In this document: positions 9,850 through 18,737 of the stretch, piece after piece
How the letters are laid out: every line of letters begins with the position of its first letter
Position numbering within the stretch: position 1 is the stretch's first letter
IMG/VR virus record: IMGVR_UViG_3300011008_000028
DNA length: 64,000 bases
Source: a virus
Taxonomy: Duplodnaviria > Caudoviricetes
Reading direction: 5' to 3' (one strand)
Notes under the pieces: generated by a model
What the model was told of the DNA's origin: nothing
What the model saw: only the letters and a program-made list of their open reading frames with translations
The model's database searches: none
Position numbers and translations under genes: made by a program

Positions 9850-11370
9850 ATGAAATCGAAAAGAATTTGTCGCGGCCAAGTATGGCATTGGAATGATCCA
9901 TTATATGGATCCAAAGCCACAGCATCCGAAACGCCTGATCCTGGTGAAAGCTGCATTCGTTATTCCAGGTATGTGTTGGTAATGCAAACAGAATCGAAGG
10001 ACCAGTCGATACTGGTAATCCCGCTGAGCACAAAGTATGTTGGTACTACTGACTATCGTATTCCTATCACAAAAGAAAAATATGAGACGTTCTCATATGC
10101 CAGAATTGACAGAATATATCCGGTATATCCGGAACAGCTGAATGAGTATATTTGTACATTATCGGATGATTATATGAAGCTGATTGAGGCAGAAACAATA
10201 CGGCTGCTTTGCCCGACAGTATACACTAACACGGAAGTCGCTAAGATCCTGATTGAGCAGGATCTCCCGCTTGACAGAGTATCTGAAGATGCATGGTATG
10301 ACGAAGAGAATGTTAATATGAATTTATCCAACATCATCGGGAAGTTCATCAAAGAATGTGTCTTTACATCTGCTAGGGATTCCGTATATGCAACGACACT
10401 GTACAACGCATATTCAGTGTGGTGTTATAAGAAGGGCAATGACTACATCCCGCCGGAAAAGAAGAACTTGTTCTGTGACCTGTTCTGCATCATGATGCAT
10501 CTTGACAAGCAGCAGAACTATGACAACTATCTTATCAAGAATATCCGGATCGATAATATCGACTTCGAAGATGGTCCAATCGAGAAACAACCTATCGGCA
10601 TATCGAAAAAAGACGAACTGAAGAAAGATGCTATAGTAGTTTCGAATAGAGAGCCCGATAACCGTGCGAAGGATTCCAACAAGAAGAACCATTGGACTGA
10701 AAAGAAGAAGAGAGCATTCATGGCATTCGTTGAAACTCATACAGCAGCCGAGGCAGCATCCAAGTATGAAATATCAATTAACTCGGTTTACAAATACAAG
10801 AAAGCATTCCAGCCGATCATCGACGATGACGAGATAGTGTTACTGGACGCCGATCAGATAGTAGATAATACTGCTGTAATGGATGTTGTAAAGAATACAT
10901 TGTCAGCTGTGTCTAACTTCATCAAGGAAGATGTTGATACCAACGATGCATACAGATATCTGAAGACTGAGGGGACCGGTAAAGATGTTAATATCGGCAA
11001 GAAGGAATTCTATAAGATGATCTCTGCTTCGGTATATTACTCTCTGATGCAATTCCTGGAGATTACAGAAGACTATACAACCAAAGCATTGGTGTCTCCG
11101 ACCCCAGGAACTCTGGTTGAGAGCAGAAACTATCTTTCGATAGCTAATTTGTATCTCATGATTAAACAACTCATGACACCATATGAGATTCGAAATACAA
11201 TCAAGAGAGATAATGGCGGTATTAGCAGAAACTGGATCAACTATCTTACCAACCAGCTGTCAAACCGGCTTCCACTTTCACATACAGGCATTCAATCGAT
11301 CGTTGATATGATCGTAAATAATTACTGTGAATCGAAAGAAGCCCCCCCCCTCATCCGTAAAATAGCATAA
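9850..11370 (+). CDS. PemK/MazF-like N-terminal domain fused to putative DNA-binding domains
   Basis: RGQVWHW...SRYVLVMQ...ILVIPLSTK...ARIDRIYPV is PemK-like; central FIKEC...LYNAYSVWC is winged-helix-like; AAEAASKYEISINSVYKYKK is HTH-like. Confidence 0.6.
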   Translation: MKSKRICRGQVWHWNDPLYGSKATASETPDPGESCIRYSRYVLVMQTESKDQSILVIPLSTKYVGTTDYRIPITKEKYETFSYARIDRIYPVYPEQLNEYICTLSDDYMKLIEAETIRLLCPTVYTNTEVAKILIEQDLPLDRVSEDAWYDEENVNMNLSNIIGKFIKECVFTSARDSVYATTLYNAYSVWCYKKGNDYIPPEKKNLFCDLFCIMMHLDKQQNYDNYLIKNIRIDNIDFEDGPIEKQPIGISKKDELKKDAIVVSNREPDNRAKDSNKKNHWTEKKKRAFMAFVETHTAAEAASKYEISINSVYKYKKAFQPIIDDDEIVLLDADQIVDNTAVMDVVKNTLSAVSNFIKEDVDTNDAYRYLKTEGTGKDVNIGKKEFYKMISASVYYSLMQFLEITEDYTTKALVSPTPGTLVESRNYLSIANLYLMIKQLMTPYEIRNTIKRDNGGISRNWINYLTNQLSNRLPLSHTGIQSIVDMIVNNYCESKEAPPLIRKIA

Positions 11371-11375
11371 TGAAA

Positions 11376-11399
11376 CCACCCCGGGATATCCCGGGGTGG
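11376..11399. terminator. Perfect 24-bp palindrome between convergent genes
   Basis: ccaccccgggatatcccggggtgg. Confidence 0.65.
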
Positions 11400-11422
11400 A
11401 CAATTCTAAATTCTGAAACACA

Positions 11423-11668
11423 TTAATGGCGCTTCTCCATTATCGAGTATACTTGATTTATTGCAATGATCTGTCTATTTCCGGTTGATACGTATTCATC
11501 AACCGACCTATCCCATTCGTATTTTTCAATCAAGTAAAAATGATCATCTTCGGCCAAGAGTTTCCCTGTATAAACTTCGTCGAATTTATTCTCTTTCTTG
11601 ATCATGAATTTTAATACGGTGCCATTCTTCTTGGCATCTTCGATGAAATCTCTCCAAACAGCCATCAC
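11423..11668 (-). CDS. Hfq/LSm-like small protein
   Basis: DFIEDAKKNGTVLKFMI...YTGKLLAEDDHFYLIE...GNRQIIAINQVYSI follows Hfq Sm1/Sm2 spacing. Confidence 0.5.
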   Translation of the reverse strand: MMAVWRDFIEDAKKNGTVLKFMIKKENKFDEVYTGKLLAEDDHFYLIEKYEWDRSVDEYVSTGNRQIIAINQVYSIMEKRH

Positions 11669-11952
11669 TCCACCTCCTCATCCAAAAGATCTATTGACTC
11701 CTCAACATGATAGTCCTCGAACTTCAGGTCAATATGTTCGGCCATAAAGTCTTCTTCATCACATTCACGGTTTGTCATGTTGATGATAGTAGCCATCATG
11801 TCTCCAATCACATCCGAGATATATGCGAAGTTCTGTTTGTCTTCGTCATTGACTTCGTCATCAACCATGATTTCATGTATATCCGTCTTTGCAGCATCTA
11901 ACGCTGCAACACAATGTCTGCATATTCCTAGTGGAAGTTTAGATTCGTTCAT
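11665..11952 (-). CDS. Acidic hypothetical protein
   Basis: Probable start MNESKL after AAGGAG RBS; CRHC motif. Confidence 0.55.
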   Translation of the reverse strand: MNESKLPLGICRHCVAALDAAKTDIHEIMVDDEVNDEDKQNFAYISDVIGDMMATIINMTNRECDEEDFMAEHIDLKFEDYHVEESIDLLDEEVE

Positions 11953-12005
11953 AACGATTCTCCTTTCCGATACCTTATTAAACCGGAGTTCTCTAATTCT
12001 TGAAT

Positions 12006-12014
12006 ATATATTAT
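12006..12014 (+). promoter_or_regulatory. ATATATTAT candidate promoter of the tRNA array
   Basis: Ends about 30 nt upstream of the first tRNA. Confidence 0.5.
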
Positions 12015-12045
12015 ACTTTAGATACATACATATTTATATTAGTAT

Positions 12046-12121
12046 TGGCCTATAGTCAAGCGGTGAAGACAACAGACTTTGACTCTGTCACACGCTGGTT
12101 CGAATCCAGTTAGGCCAACCA
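12046..12121 (+). tRNA. tRNA-Gln(UUG)
   Basis: Acceptor tggccta/taggcca, anticodon arm acaga-ctTTGac-tctgt, GGTTCGAATCC, encoded CCA. Confidence 0.92.
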
Positions 12122-12158
12122 TAGGACACCCCCATTGGAAACAATGGGGTTTATATTT

Positions 12159-12235
12159 CGAGGCGTAGCGAAGCTTGGTATCGCGCTTGCTTTGGGAGCA
12201 AGAAGCCGCAGGTTCGAATCCTGTCGCCTCGACCA
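12159..12235 (+). tRNA. tRNA-Pro(UGG)
   Basis: Anticodon arm cttgc-ttTGGga-gcaag, T-loop, CCA. Confidence 0.93.
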
Positions 12236-12238
12236 AAT

Positions 12239-12322
12239 ACCGATGTGGTGAAATGGCAGACACAAATGACTCAAAATCATTCGCAGCAATGCATATCGGT
12301 TCAAGTCCGATCATCGGTACCA
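12239..12322 (+). tRNA. tRNA-Leu(CAA)
   Basis: Anticodon arm aatga-ctCAAaa-tcatt, long variable arm, CCA. Confidence 0.9.
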
Positions 12323-12327
12323 ACCGT

Positions 12328-12410
12328 GCAGGTATGGCGGAACTGGCAGACGCACTGGATTTAGGTTCCAGCGAGAAATCGTAAGGGTTCGAGTCCCTTT
12401 ACCTGCACCA
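12328..12410 (+). tRNA. tRNA-Leu(UAG)
   Basis: Anticodon arm ctgga-ttTAGgt-tccag, long variable arm, CCA. Confidence 0.92.
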
Positions 12411-12422
12411 TTAATATTAATT

Positions 12423-12499
12423 GGTCCCGTAGTGAAGTGGTCTAACACGTCGCCCTTTCACGGCGAAGGCGGTGAGTTCGAATCTCCCCGGGATCACCA
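12423..12499 (+). tRNA. tRNA-Glu(UUC)
   Basis: Anticodon arm tcgcc-ctTTCac-ggcga, CCA. Confidence 0.92.
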
Positions 12500-12504
12500 T
12501 ATTT

Positions 12505-12591
12505 GGGCAAGTACGCATAGTGGCGATTGCAGCGGACTGTAAATCCGTCACGTAAGATACACCGTAGGTTCGACTCCTACCTTGCCCACCA
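12505..12591 (+). tRNA. tRNA-Tyr(GUA)
   Basis: Anticodon arm gcgga-ctGTAaa-tccgt, long variable arm, CCA. Confidence 0.92.
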
Positions 12592-12607
12592 ATAATGGAA
12601 ATGATAA

Positions 12608-12639
12608 TAGGATAGCCAGGGATTTCCCTGGCTATCCTA
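12608..12639. terminator. Palindrome between the tRNA array and the convergent helicase
   Basis: taggatagccaggga-tt-tccctggctatccta. Confidence 0.7.
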
Positions 12640-12648
12640 CATTTCTTT

Positions 12649-14658
12649 TTACATATCAATGACTTTGAATGATTTAGACTTTCTTTTATATACGTCTGCT
12701 CTATTACGTGCCCAGGCTCTGGCTTGTGGAATTTGGGAGTCCGTCACATCCCACATGTATGTCTCCTTACCATCCGGCCGTCTCCGGAGCCTCCCCGATA
12801 TCTGATCCGAAAGTATCCACGATGACCACATCACGCAAGTAATAAGTCGTGACAAATCTTTCATATCAAATCCTGTGCCGGCAGATGATATGGTAGAAAC
12901 CAGAATATCACATTCGGCTTTATTCTTGGCATTCTCTTCTTTGGTATTCTTGGAATGATATGTCCCAATCTTCTTATTCGGAAACATTTCCTGGAGATAC
13001 TTCTGGAATGTGAATGTAGATGATATTGTGGAAGTAAGCACAAGAGTACGTCCGTAATTTACTTCTCTCTCGGCGATCTTAATCACCTTCAGACAGGTTC
13101 TCAAGAATTTAGTCATTCTGCCATCAGAAGGGAACACAGCTTCAGAGTATGCAGGAACGGAAATCCCGAATCTCATCCATTTTCCTTCGCGTTCAGAATA
13201 GCGCATTGACGATGTAACCTTCTTGATTTGAGAAGGAGATAGCTCGGCTGAAGTCCAGATCATCTTTACATTCATATGCGGTTTCATCCCATAGATGTTA
13301 CCTGGCTTAGGGTTGAGAAGTGTTGGCTTCTTATCCTTCTCCCTGAAGATTGCCAGATCGCCGAACATCTCCTGATACAGTTTATTCTCCGTATATCCAG
13401 ACCGACCGAATGTTCCGGTAAGATACCAGTTGTTTGCAATGTTGCAATTGGCATCTACCTGAACGATATTCTTGAACCACATTTGAACTTCATCTATGAC
13501 CTTGATACCAAAACGGTTATCTTTCATAATTGCCTCAAGATCATAATTCTTATTTAGAGAAGCTAATGATGCCTGAGATATAACAACGAAGTCTGCTTTA
13601 GTCTGAACGAAGTCCTTAGGAGATCTTACGTTCAGAACCCGGTTCTTCGGAACGTTGAACATTCCGGTCAATGTATCGGCCCATTGTTCTTTAATTCCAG
13701 ATGTCGGAGCAATGATGAGGGTTTTTTGCTGTAACGCAATGGCACAATAACATGCCATGAATGTGTTGTGTGTAACCACGTACTGTTCAGTGAGGTATAG
13801 GTGGTCTGGAGCATCTACCATGATACAGCGGGCATCTTCTTGACCAACCAATTCAATTGATATAATCTCAACTGGACCTTTGATACAACTTCTGGTATCA
13901 ATACCATCATAATCCTTCAAATATTTACTGGTCTTTTCGTATTGCTCATAGATTGAATCATTAGTATACAGGAAATAGCCATCATGAGATGGTTGAAAAT
14001 TTGGGATTGATATGACATTCTTGAAATCTCTCAATTTCAAAGTTATGATATCTTTTAACATCATAACTTCGTATTTCGCCGAGTAATTGAGTGAAACAGG
14101 CCAAAGGTGTTCATAGGTACACAGGCTATACCTTCCATCTGCAAAAGTTACTTTATAAATATCTTGAACACCTAATGGAAATATCTGTGTAACAGTAATC
14201 GGACTTCCATTGCTACCAAATACCAAATCCCCTGCTTTCAGATCGCCCATTAGTTTATATCCTTTTGGATCTTCGGGGGACGGAATTTTTGTGCTTACCG
14301 GATGTCCTTTTCCTGTCCCGGGACTTAAGATGCCTGCAAGTTTTTGTTTCTTCTTCGATTGTTCCAATGCAAAGTTTATGAAATCAATCTGTAATTGATT
14401 CCTAGGTTTTGCGTTATGCTCTACAGGCTCGATTCTGGCATATGGCCAGTAGTCTGTACTTTTATCTATGAACTTGGCATTCTTGAATACCTTGCGGAAT
14501 GTCTGCTCCATTCCCGTTGGTAATCCGATGAGTTTCTTATATTTATCATAATACATGAATACATTATCCATTGCAGCTACAAGATCTTCTACTTTCTTAT
14601 ATTCAACATCTGTGAATTCAGTAATCAGAAGTCTTGTACGTTCTTTGGTAATTATCAT
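12649..14658 (-). CDS. SF2 (UvsW-like/DExD) helicase containing an intein
   Basis: Split Walker A SPGTGK|T, IIAPT, VIDEVQ, LTGTFGRS, GTGFDMKDL, QISGRLRR. Confidence 0.88.
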   Translation of the reverse strand: MIITKERTRLLITEFTDVEYKKVEDLVAAMDNVFMYYDKYKKLIGLPTGMEQTFRKVFKNAKFIDKSTDYWPYARIEPVEHNAKPRNQLQIDFINFALEQSKKKQKLAGILSPGTGKGHPVSTKIPSPEDPKGYKLMGDLKAGDLVFGSNGSPITVTQIFPLGVQDIYKVTFADGRYSLCTYEHLWPVSLNYSAKYEVMMLKDIITLKLRDFKNVISIPNFQPSHDGYFLYTNDSIYEQYEKTSKYLKDYDGIDTRSCIKGPVEIISIELVGQEDARCIMVDAPDHLYLTEQYVVTHNTFMACYCAIALQQKTLIIAPTSGIKEQWADTLTGMFNVPKNRVLNVRSPKDFVQTKADFVVISQASLASLNKNYDLEAIMKDNRFGIKVIDEVQMWFKNIVQVDANCNIANNWYLTGTFGRSGYTENKLYQEMFGDLAIFREKDKKPTLLNPKPGNIYGMKPHMNVKMIWTSAELSPSQIKKVTSSMRYSEREGKWMRFGISVPAYSEAVFPSDGRMTKFLRTCLKVIKIAEREVNYGRTLVLTSTISSTFTFQKYLQEMFPNKKIGTYHSKNTKEENAKNKAECDILVSTISSAGTGFDMKDLSRLITCVMWSSWILSDQISGRLRRRPDGKETYMWDVTDSQIPQARAWARNRADVYKRKSKSFKVIDM
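13765..14307 (-). mobile_element. 181-aa mini-intein (class 3-like) in helicase Walker A
   Basis: GHPVSTKIPSP...MGDLKAGDLVFG...EHLW...ARCIMVDAPDHLYLT..VVTHN followed by Thr; no endonuclease domain. Confidence 0.88.
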
Positions 14659-14708
14659 ACATACCACTTCCTATGATTTGATTAATAGAGCGTTGGTTCA
14701 AAATGAGA

Positions 14709-14742
14709 CAATATTCCCGGAGAATATTCTCCGGGAATATTG
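14709..14742. repeat. Perfect 34-bp palindrome between divergent genes
   Basis: caatattcccggagaatattctccgggaatattg. Confidence 0.75.
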
Positions 14743-14926
14743 GCGTGCCAATTATATATTATATAGTAAAAAGGAGGAGAATACCTATATCCATCGTCAC
14801 TTGGATATAGGGAAGAACTTATGATACCTGACAAGGAGTATGCCCGTTTATCCTTCCAGGGTTACTAAATTGTATCTGATCAAAACCGGGTTAGTAACTT
14901 ATAATAGTATATAGGAGTTGATATTT

Positions 14927-17900
14927 ATGAAGATAGATAATTCTCGAAATGGAGCCATTATGAGTGGCAAGTGGTCCAAACCAGGATCAGGCTTTTATAA
15001 TGCATTGATAAAAGAAAACAATGCACTTGAGTTGATTGAAGAAGCATATCTGATACATGGAAAGATCGCTACCAAGTGGCATCCCACTCCACTCTCTAGA
15101 TCCGGGTGCAAATATCCTCATCATGCAATCAAGAATGGTAAGCTGGTTGTGTCGGCACCTGGTGTGAAGGCTGCATATGCCAGAGCTAAACAGATGGGCA
15201 TATATAAAGGTGATATTAAACGTCATCTTGATTATCATTTGAAAGAGCTGGGTCTGATGGATAAGAACGGTGTTCATTATGAAGAAGCCATGGAAGAAGG
15301 ATTCCGTTTCGTCGAATCTACCATAGATGGTGTATTGGGAACCCATCTTGTTGAAGAGGAAGACAAGCTGAATGGCATCAAGATTCCATTCACCGAGGCA
15401 GTGAACCTGGCGGATCCCACTGGCGAGAAGCAGCAGGAATGGTTAAAGAATCATCCTGCTGAACAACATGATCTTTCTGAATATATCGATGAATCAATCG
15501 AAGATATTGAGAATTGGATGAGTAATATAGTAACTGAAGGGTGGAATGCTGTAAATGAGTTCGATGATAAACACAGCCCTGCTGCATTCGAGAAGATATT
15601 CGAATCAACTGGATCTGAAACTCTACTTCCTAGTATACATACTCCATCCCAGTTATTATCATATATGAGCAATATCAACTATGGATGGATTAGTAAGAAT
15701 GGTGAAATGTATAAAGATGCAGATGATGGAGACTTCTTCAAAGATTACACATTACAGTCACCATTTGAACTTATCAAATCCAGGTATGGAGTATGCTGGG
15801 ATCAAGTTGAATTTGAACGTCAATGGTTTATTGATAATGACTATAACTTTCGGACGTACTTCCTAGTCATTGATGATAACGAGAATAAACCCTCCCACAC
15901 ATTCTTGATATATCAGGAGAATAACAAGGTGTACTGGTTTGAGAATGCATGGTATGATCAACGTGGTATCCATGTATTCAATTTATTGTCTGAAGCAATG
16001 CGTGAAATCATCGATAAATTTAACAAATTCAATCATAATAAAACTAACGATGTATATCTTTATAATCTCCCGAAGATGCCGACTGGAACCAGCTGTGAAG
16101 AATTCTACCGAATCGGAACCGATTCTAAGAATCTACTGAAGCATATTCAGATGTCGGAAGTGATCAAGGAAGCATGTGAAGATAGTGATATCGAGAAAAA
16201 GTGGTTTATCATATCTGATGATGGAGTTGATAACTGCTGCATCAAAGTCAAAGGGTATGATAAACCAATGAGGGGAAGATCATCCATGATTACTCTCAAA
16301 CTTGACTCAGATGAGGATAAGTGGTATGTGCTCTGTAAGAAGAATACAGACGACTATGGTGTACCCGGCGGCGGCTGGAATAAGGGAGAAACACCTGAAC
16401 ATGCTGCTGTTAGAGAGCTTCATGAAGAAACTCTTTCCAAAGTCAAAAACGTAAAGAGAATGGGTACCCTCATTGAATATCATGATACTGTAAAAGACTG
16501 GGTCAAGGAACATGTTCCAAACAATGATGAATGGTGGTATGGATACTACTCGGCCGTATTCGTAGGAATATATGACGGAGAGTTCAGAGGCAAAGTCAAG
16601 GCCGAAGATCGGGAATCCGGTTATATATGGAAGAAGGTGGATTCTAAACTCATGAAAGAATTTCCCAAAGAATATCAGGATGCAATCAATGATTATATCA
16701 ACAAAGAGCATCCATTCAAAGAATCAGTGTTTAATGAAAAATCTCACGGTGAATTGAAGTATTGCTATCGAGTTGGATTTGATATTAAAACCGGCGAAGA
16801 AGTATGTGTTCAATTCGAAATTCCTAAGGATGATAAAGAGTTTGTACAGGATGTGGGCGATCCGAAACTTACTCGAAACACATATAATGATTTAACTGGT
16901 CATGATATACCTGATCATCTATTGAAGAAGATTCATACTAATGCAGTCGACTCTGTCCGGAAGACTTTCAAAAAGTTAGGTCATATCGATTTTGTCACGA
17001 AGCCAGCGAAGGTTATATCAATCTTTACCCGAGATCATCGATCTTTGAATCATGTTGCGATGATAGGATTATTTAGCCAGAGAGTCATTGATATTCTGAA
17101 TAATTTTGTGCGAGATCCTAATTATGGCAAAAAGATTATTGATGAATATCGTAAGAAGACAGGCGATCCTACATCTCAGCCTCCTTCTGCAGAGGTTCTT
17201 TGTTCCCCTTTGATGAAGGCATATATGAAACGGGAACTAGCGTTGAACGCTTCTGGGACCGAAGAATACACTGTTAACCAGCTTGGCGGCGACGGCAAAC
17301 ACAAGACCACGAAACTTATATGGGATAGAGATGTATTTATGTCTTATAAATACACGAATGCCTTTAGAGGTTTCATGGGAGATCGTTCGGCAGGTCGTGG
17401 AGAAAACTCCAAAGACAAGCTTGATATGTTTACCAATAATCTCAATAATAAATATCATAAAACACCTGAAGAGAAAAATGCTTATAAGAGTACTATAGAA
17501 AGTGCAGTATTCGAAGAGTTCCTCAAAGATGCATCTATGTCAGATGGTATTCTCGATCTCTGCTCTATTATGGAGAGCATGGTATCTATTGAAGGTATTC
17601 ACCTTGGTGGGATTGAAATCACTGCTAATAACCCGAGCAACCCACACCGATTCATTTATCGTGAATCGTATATAGCAGATCCCATAGATCTCGAGAAGAT
17701 GTTCTTCGAGACCGGAACCAACTTCCGGAATTTTCTGATCACAGAAAATTCTAATCTGTTCACAGAAGCTGAAAATGATCCTCCTCCTGTAGATGATACA
17801 GAACAGCAGAAACCTACTTCAGATGAAGAGCAGTCTGCTGAGGAGGATCTTTCCAATAAAGGAGATGAAGAAGATGGAATGGTTGATGGAACCAATACCG

Positions 17901-18574
17901 GAGGAACTCAGACCGTTAGCGATAACTCTAGTGATGATATTGGTGATAATTCTGATAACATTCCCACTGTGGAGCCTGATCCTGGCAGCGATTCTGGTGA
18001 AGATGGAGGATCACAAGAACCGCAAACTCCAGAAGAAGAACCACCGGTAATCAAAACTCCAATCTCCAGACCAAAACAATTCGCCTCCCAGGAAAAGGAT
18101 AAGAACGGCGTAAGACGTAAGAACCTATACATTGAATTCATTAGATGGGCTAAAGATTACAATAGCAAGAACATCTTCGGATCCAACTTTGATAAAGACA
18201 TATTCAATGGATCATACCCGTTCGTGCCTGAGGAAATGAGATACTTCTATCGATTGGCTGATCCCACCCTATGTATCCTTTCTGGTGGTTTAACCTTCTT
18301 CCCCGTAATCCAGCTGCGAAAACTGAATTCAGAAAATAAACATCTGGATCAGTATATGATCTTCGCTGCAACGGATAATGATCTTCGTCTATTCAATCGG
18401 GAAGATGGTAGGGTATATCTGGCAACCGTTCAAAATGGTGAGATTACATTAGCAAAGCCATTGGCAAACACATTCGATACATATATTCAGATCATGATTG
18501 ACAAGGGAGATATCCTGAACGGACCGAGAGAGGATACAACTCTCGAATATGTAGAGGATATAGATAGTATCTAA
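14927..18574 (+). CDS. Multidomain (polyvalent) virion cargo protein: transglutaminase-like + Nudix + paralogous domain + SMI1/Knr4-like
   Basis: GVCWDQVE...HTFL...YWFE putative triad; Nudix box GGGWNKGETPEHAAVRELHEET; C-terminal PEEMRYFY...DGRVYL...LANTFDTYI; AGGAG RBS before ATG 14927. Confidence 0.7.
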   Translation: MKIDNSRNGAIMSGKWSKPGSGFYNALIKENNALELIEEAYLIHGKIATKWHPTPLSRSGCKYPHHAIKNGKLVVSAPGVKAAYARAKQMGIYKGDIKRHLDYHLKELGLMDKNGVHYEEAMEEGFRFVESTIDGVLGTHLVEEEDKLNGIKIPFTEAVNLADPTGEKQQEWLKNHPAEQHDLSEYIDESIEDIENWMSNIVTEGWNAVNEFDDKHSPAAFEKIFESTGSETLLPSIHTPSQLLSYMSNINYGWISKNGEMYKDADDGDFFKDYTLQSPFELIKSRYGVCWDQVEFERQWFIDNDYNFRTYFLVIDDNENKPSHTFLIYQENNKVYWFENAWYDQRGIHVFNLLSEAMREIIDKFNKFNHNKTNDVYLYNLPKMPTGTSCEEFYRIGTDSKNLLKHIQMSEVIKEACEDSDIEKKWFIISDDGVDNCCIKVKGYDKPMRGRSSMITLKLDSDEDKWYVLCKKNTDDYGVPGGGWNKGETPEHAAVRELHEETLSKVKNVKRMGTLIEYHDTVKDWVKEHVPNNDEWWYGYYSAVFVGIYDGEFRGKVKAEDRESGYIWKKVDSKLMKEFPKEYQDAINDYINKEHPFKESVFNEKSHGELKYCYRVGFDIKTGEEVCVQFEIPKDDKEFVQDVGDPKLTRNTYNDLTGHDIPDHLLKKIHTNAVDSVRKTFKKLGHIDFVTKPAKVISIFTRDHRSLNHVAMIGLFSQRVIDILNNFVRDPNYGKKIIDEYRKKTGDPTSQPPSAEVLCSPLMKAYMKRELALNASGTEEYTVNQLGGDGKHKTTKLIWDRDVFMSYKYTNAFRGFMGDRSAGRGENSKDKLDMFTNNLNNKYHKTPEEKNAYKSTIESAVFEEFLKDASMSDGILDLCSIMESMVSIEGIHLGGIEITANNPSNPHRFIYRESYIADPIDLEKMFFETGTNFRNFLITENSNLFTEAENDPPPVDDTEQQKPTSDEEQSAEEDLSNKGDEEDGMVDGTNTGGTQTVSDNSSDDIGDNSDNIPTVEPDPGSDSGEDGGSQEPQTPEEEPPVIKTPISRPKQFASQEKDKNGVRRKNLYIEFIRWAKDYNSKNIFGSNFDKDIFNGSYPFVPEEMRYFYRLADPTLCILSGGLTFFPVIQLRKLNSENKHLDQYMIFAATDNDLRLFNREDGRVYLATVQNGEITLAKPLANTFDTYIQIMIDKGDILNGPREDTTLEYVEDIDSI

Positions 18575-18629
18575 AATCTGGGTAAATATATATTCTTCTA
18601 TAGAATATAAGGAATGGAGGAACTTGCCA

Positions 18630-18695
18630 ATGGGACCTGAAACAGGTAACAGAGATATGAATGACACAGACGTGGTCATTCAAGACGAGGAATGA
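18630..18695 (+). CDS. 21-aa acidic micro-ORF (MGPETGNRDMNDTDVVIQDEE)
   Basis: ATATATTCT motif at 18588, GGAGG RBS, stop abutting a palindrome. Confidence 0.4.
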   Translation: MGPETGNRDMNDTDVVIQDEE

Positions 18696-18731
18696 AATAT
18701 ACGACCCCGGGAATCCCGGGGTCGTATATTT
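18695..18731. terminator. Palindrome between convergent genes
   Basis: aaatatacgaccccggga-a-tcccggggtcgtatattt followed by a T-run. Confidence 0.7.
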
Positions 18732-18737
18732 TTTGTA

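Noticed and set aside
11342-11350. C9 homopolymer as a phase-variation switch
   Set aside because: Lies in the last ten codons; slippage would change only the extreme C-terminus.
12328-12410. Amber suppressor tRNA or alternative genetic code
   Set aside because: Anticodon UAG reads the Leu codon CUA (a suppressor would have anticodon CUA); genes are intact under code 11.
12039-12659. ORFs overlapping the tRNA array
   Set aside because: Spurious translations of tRNA genes.
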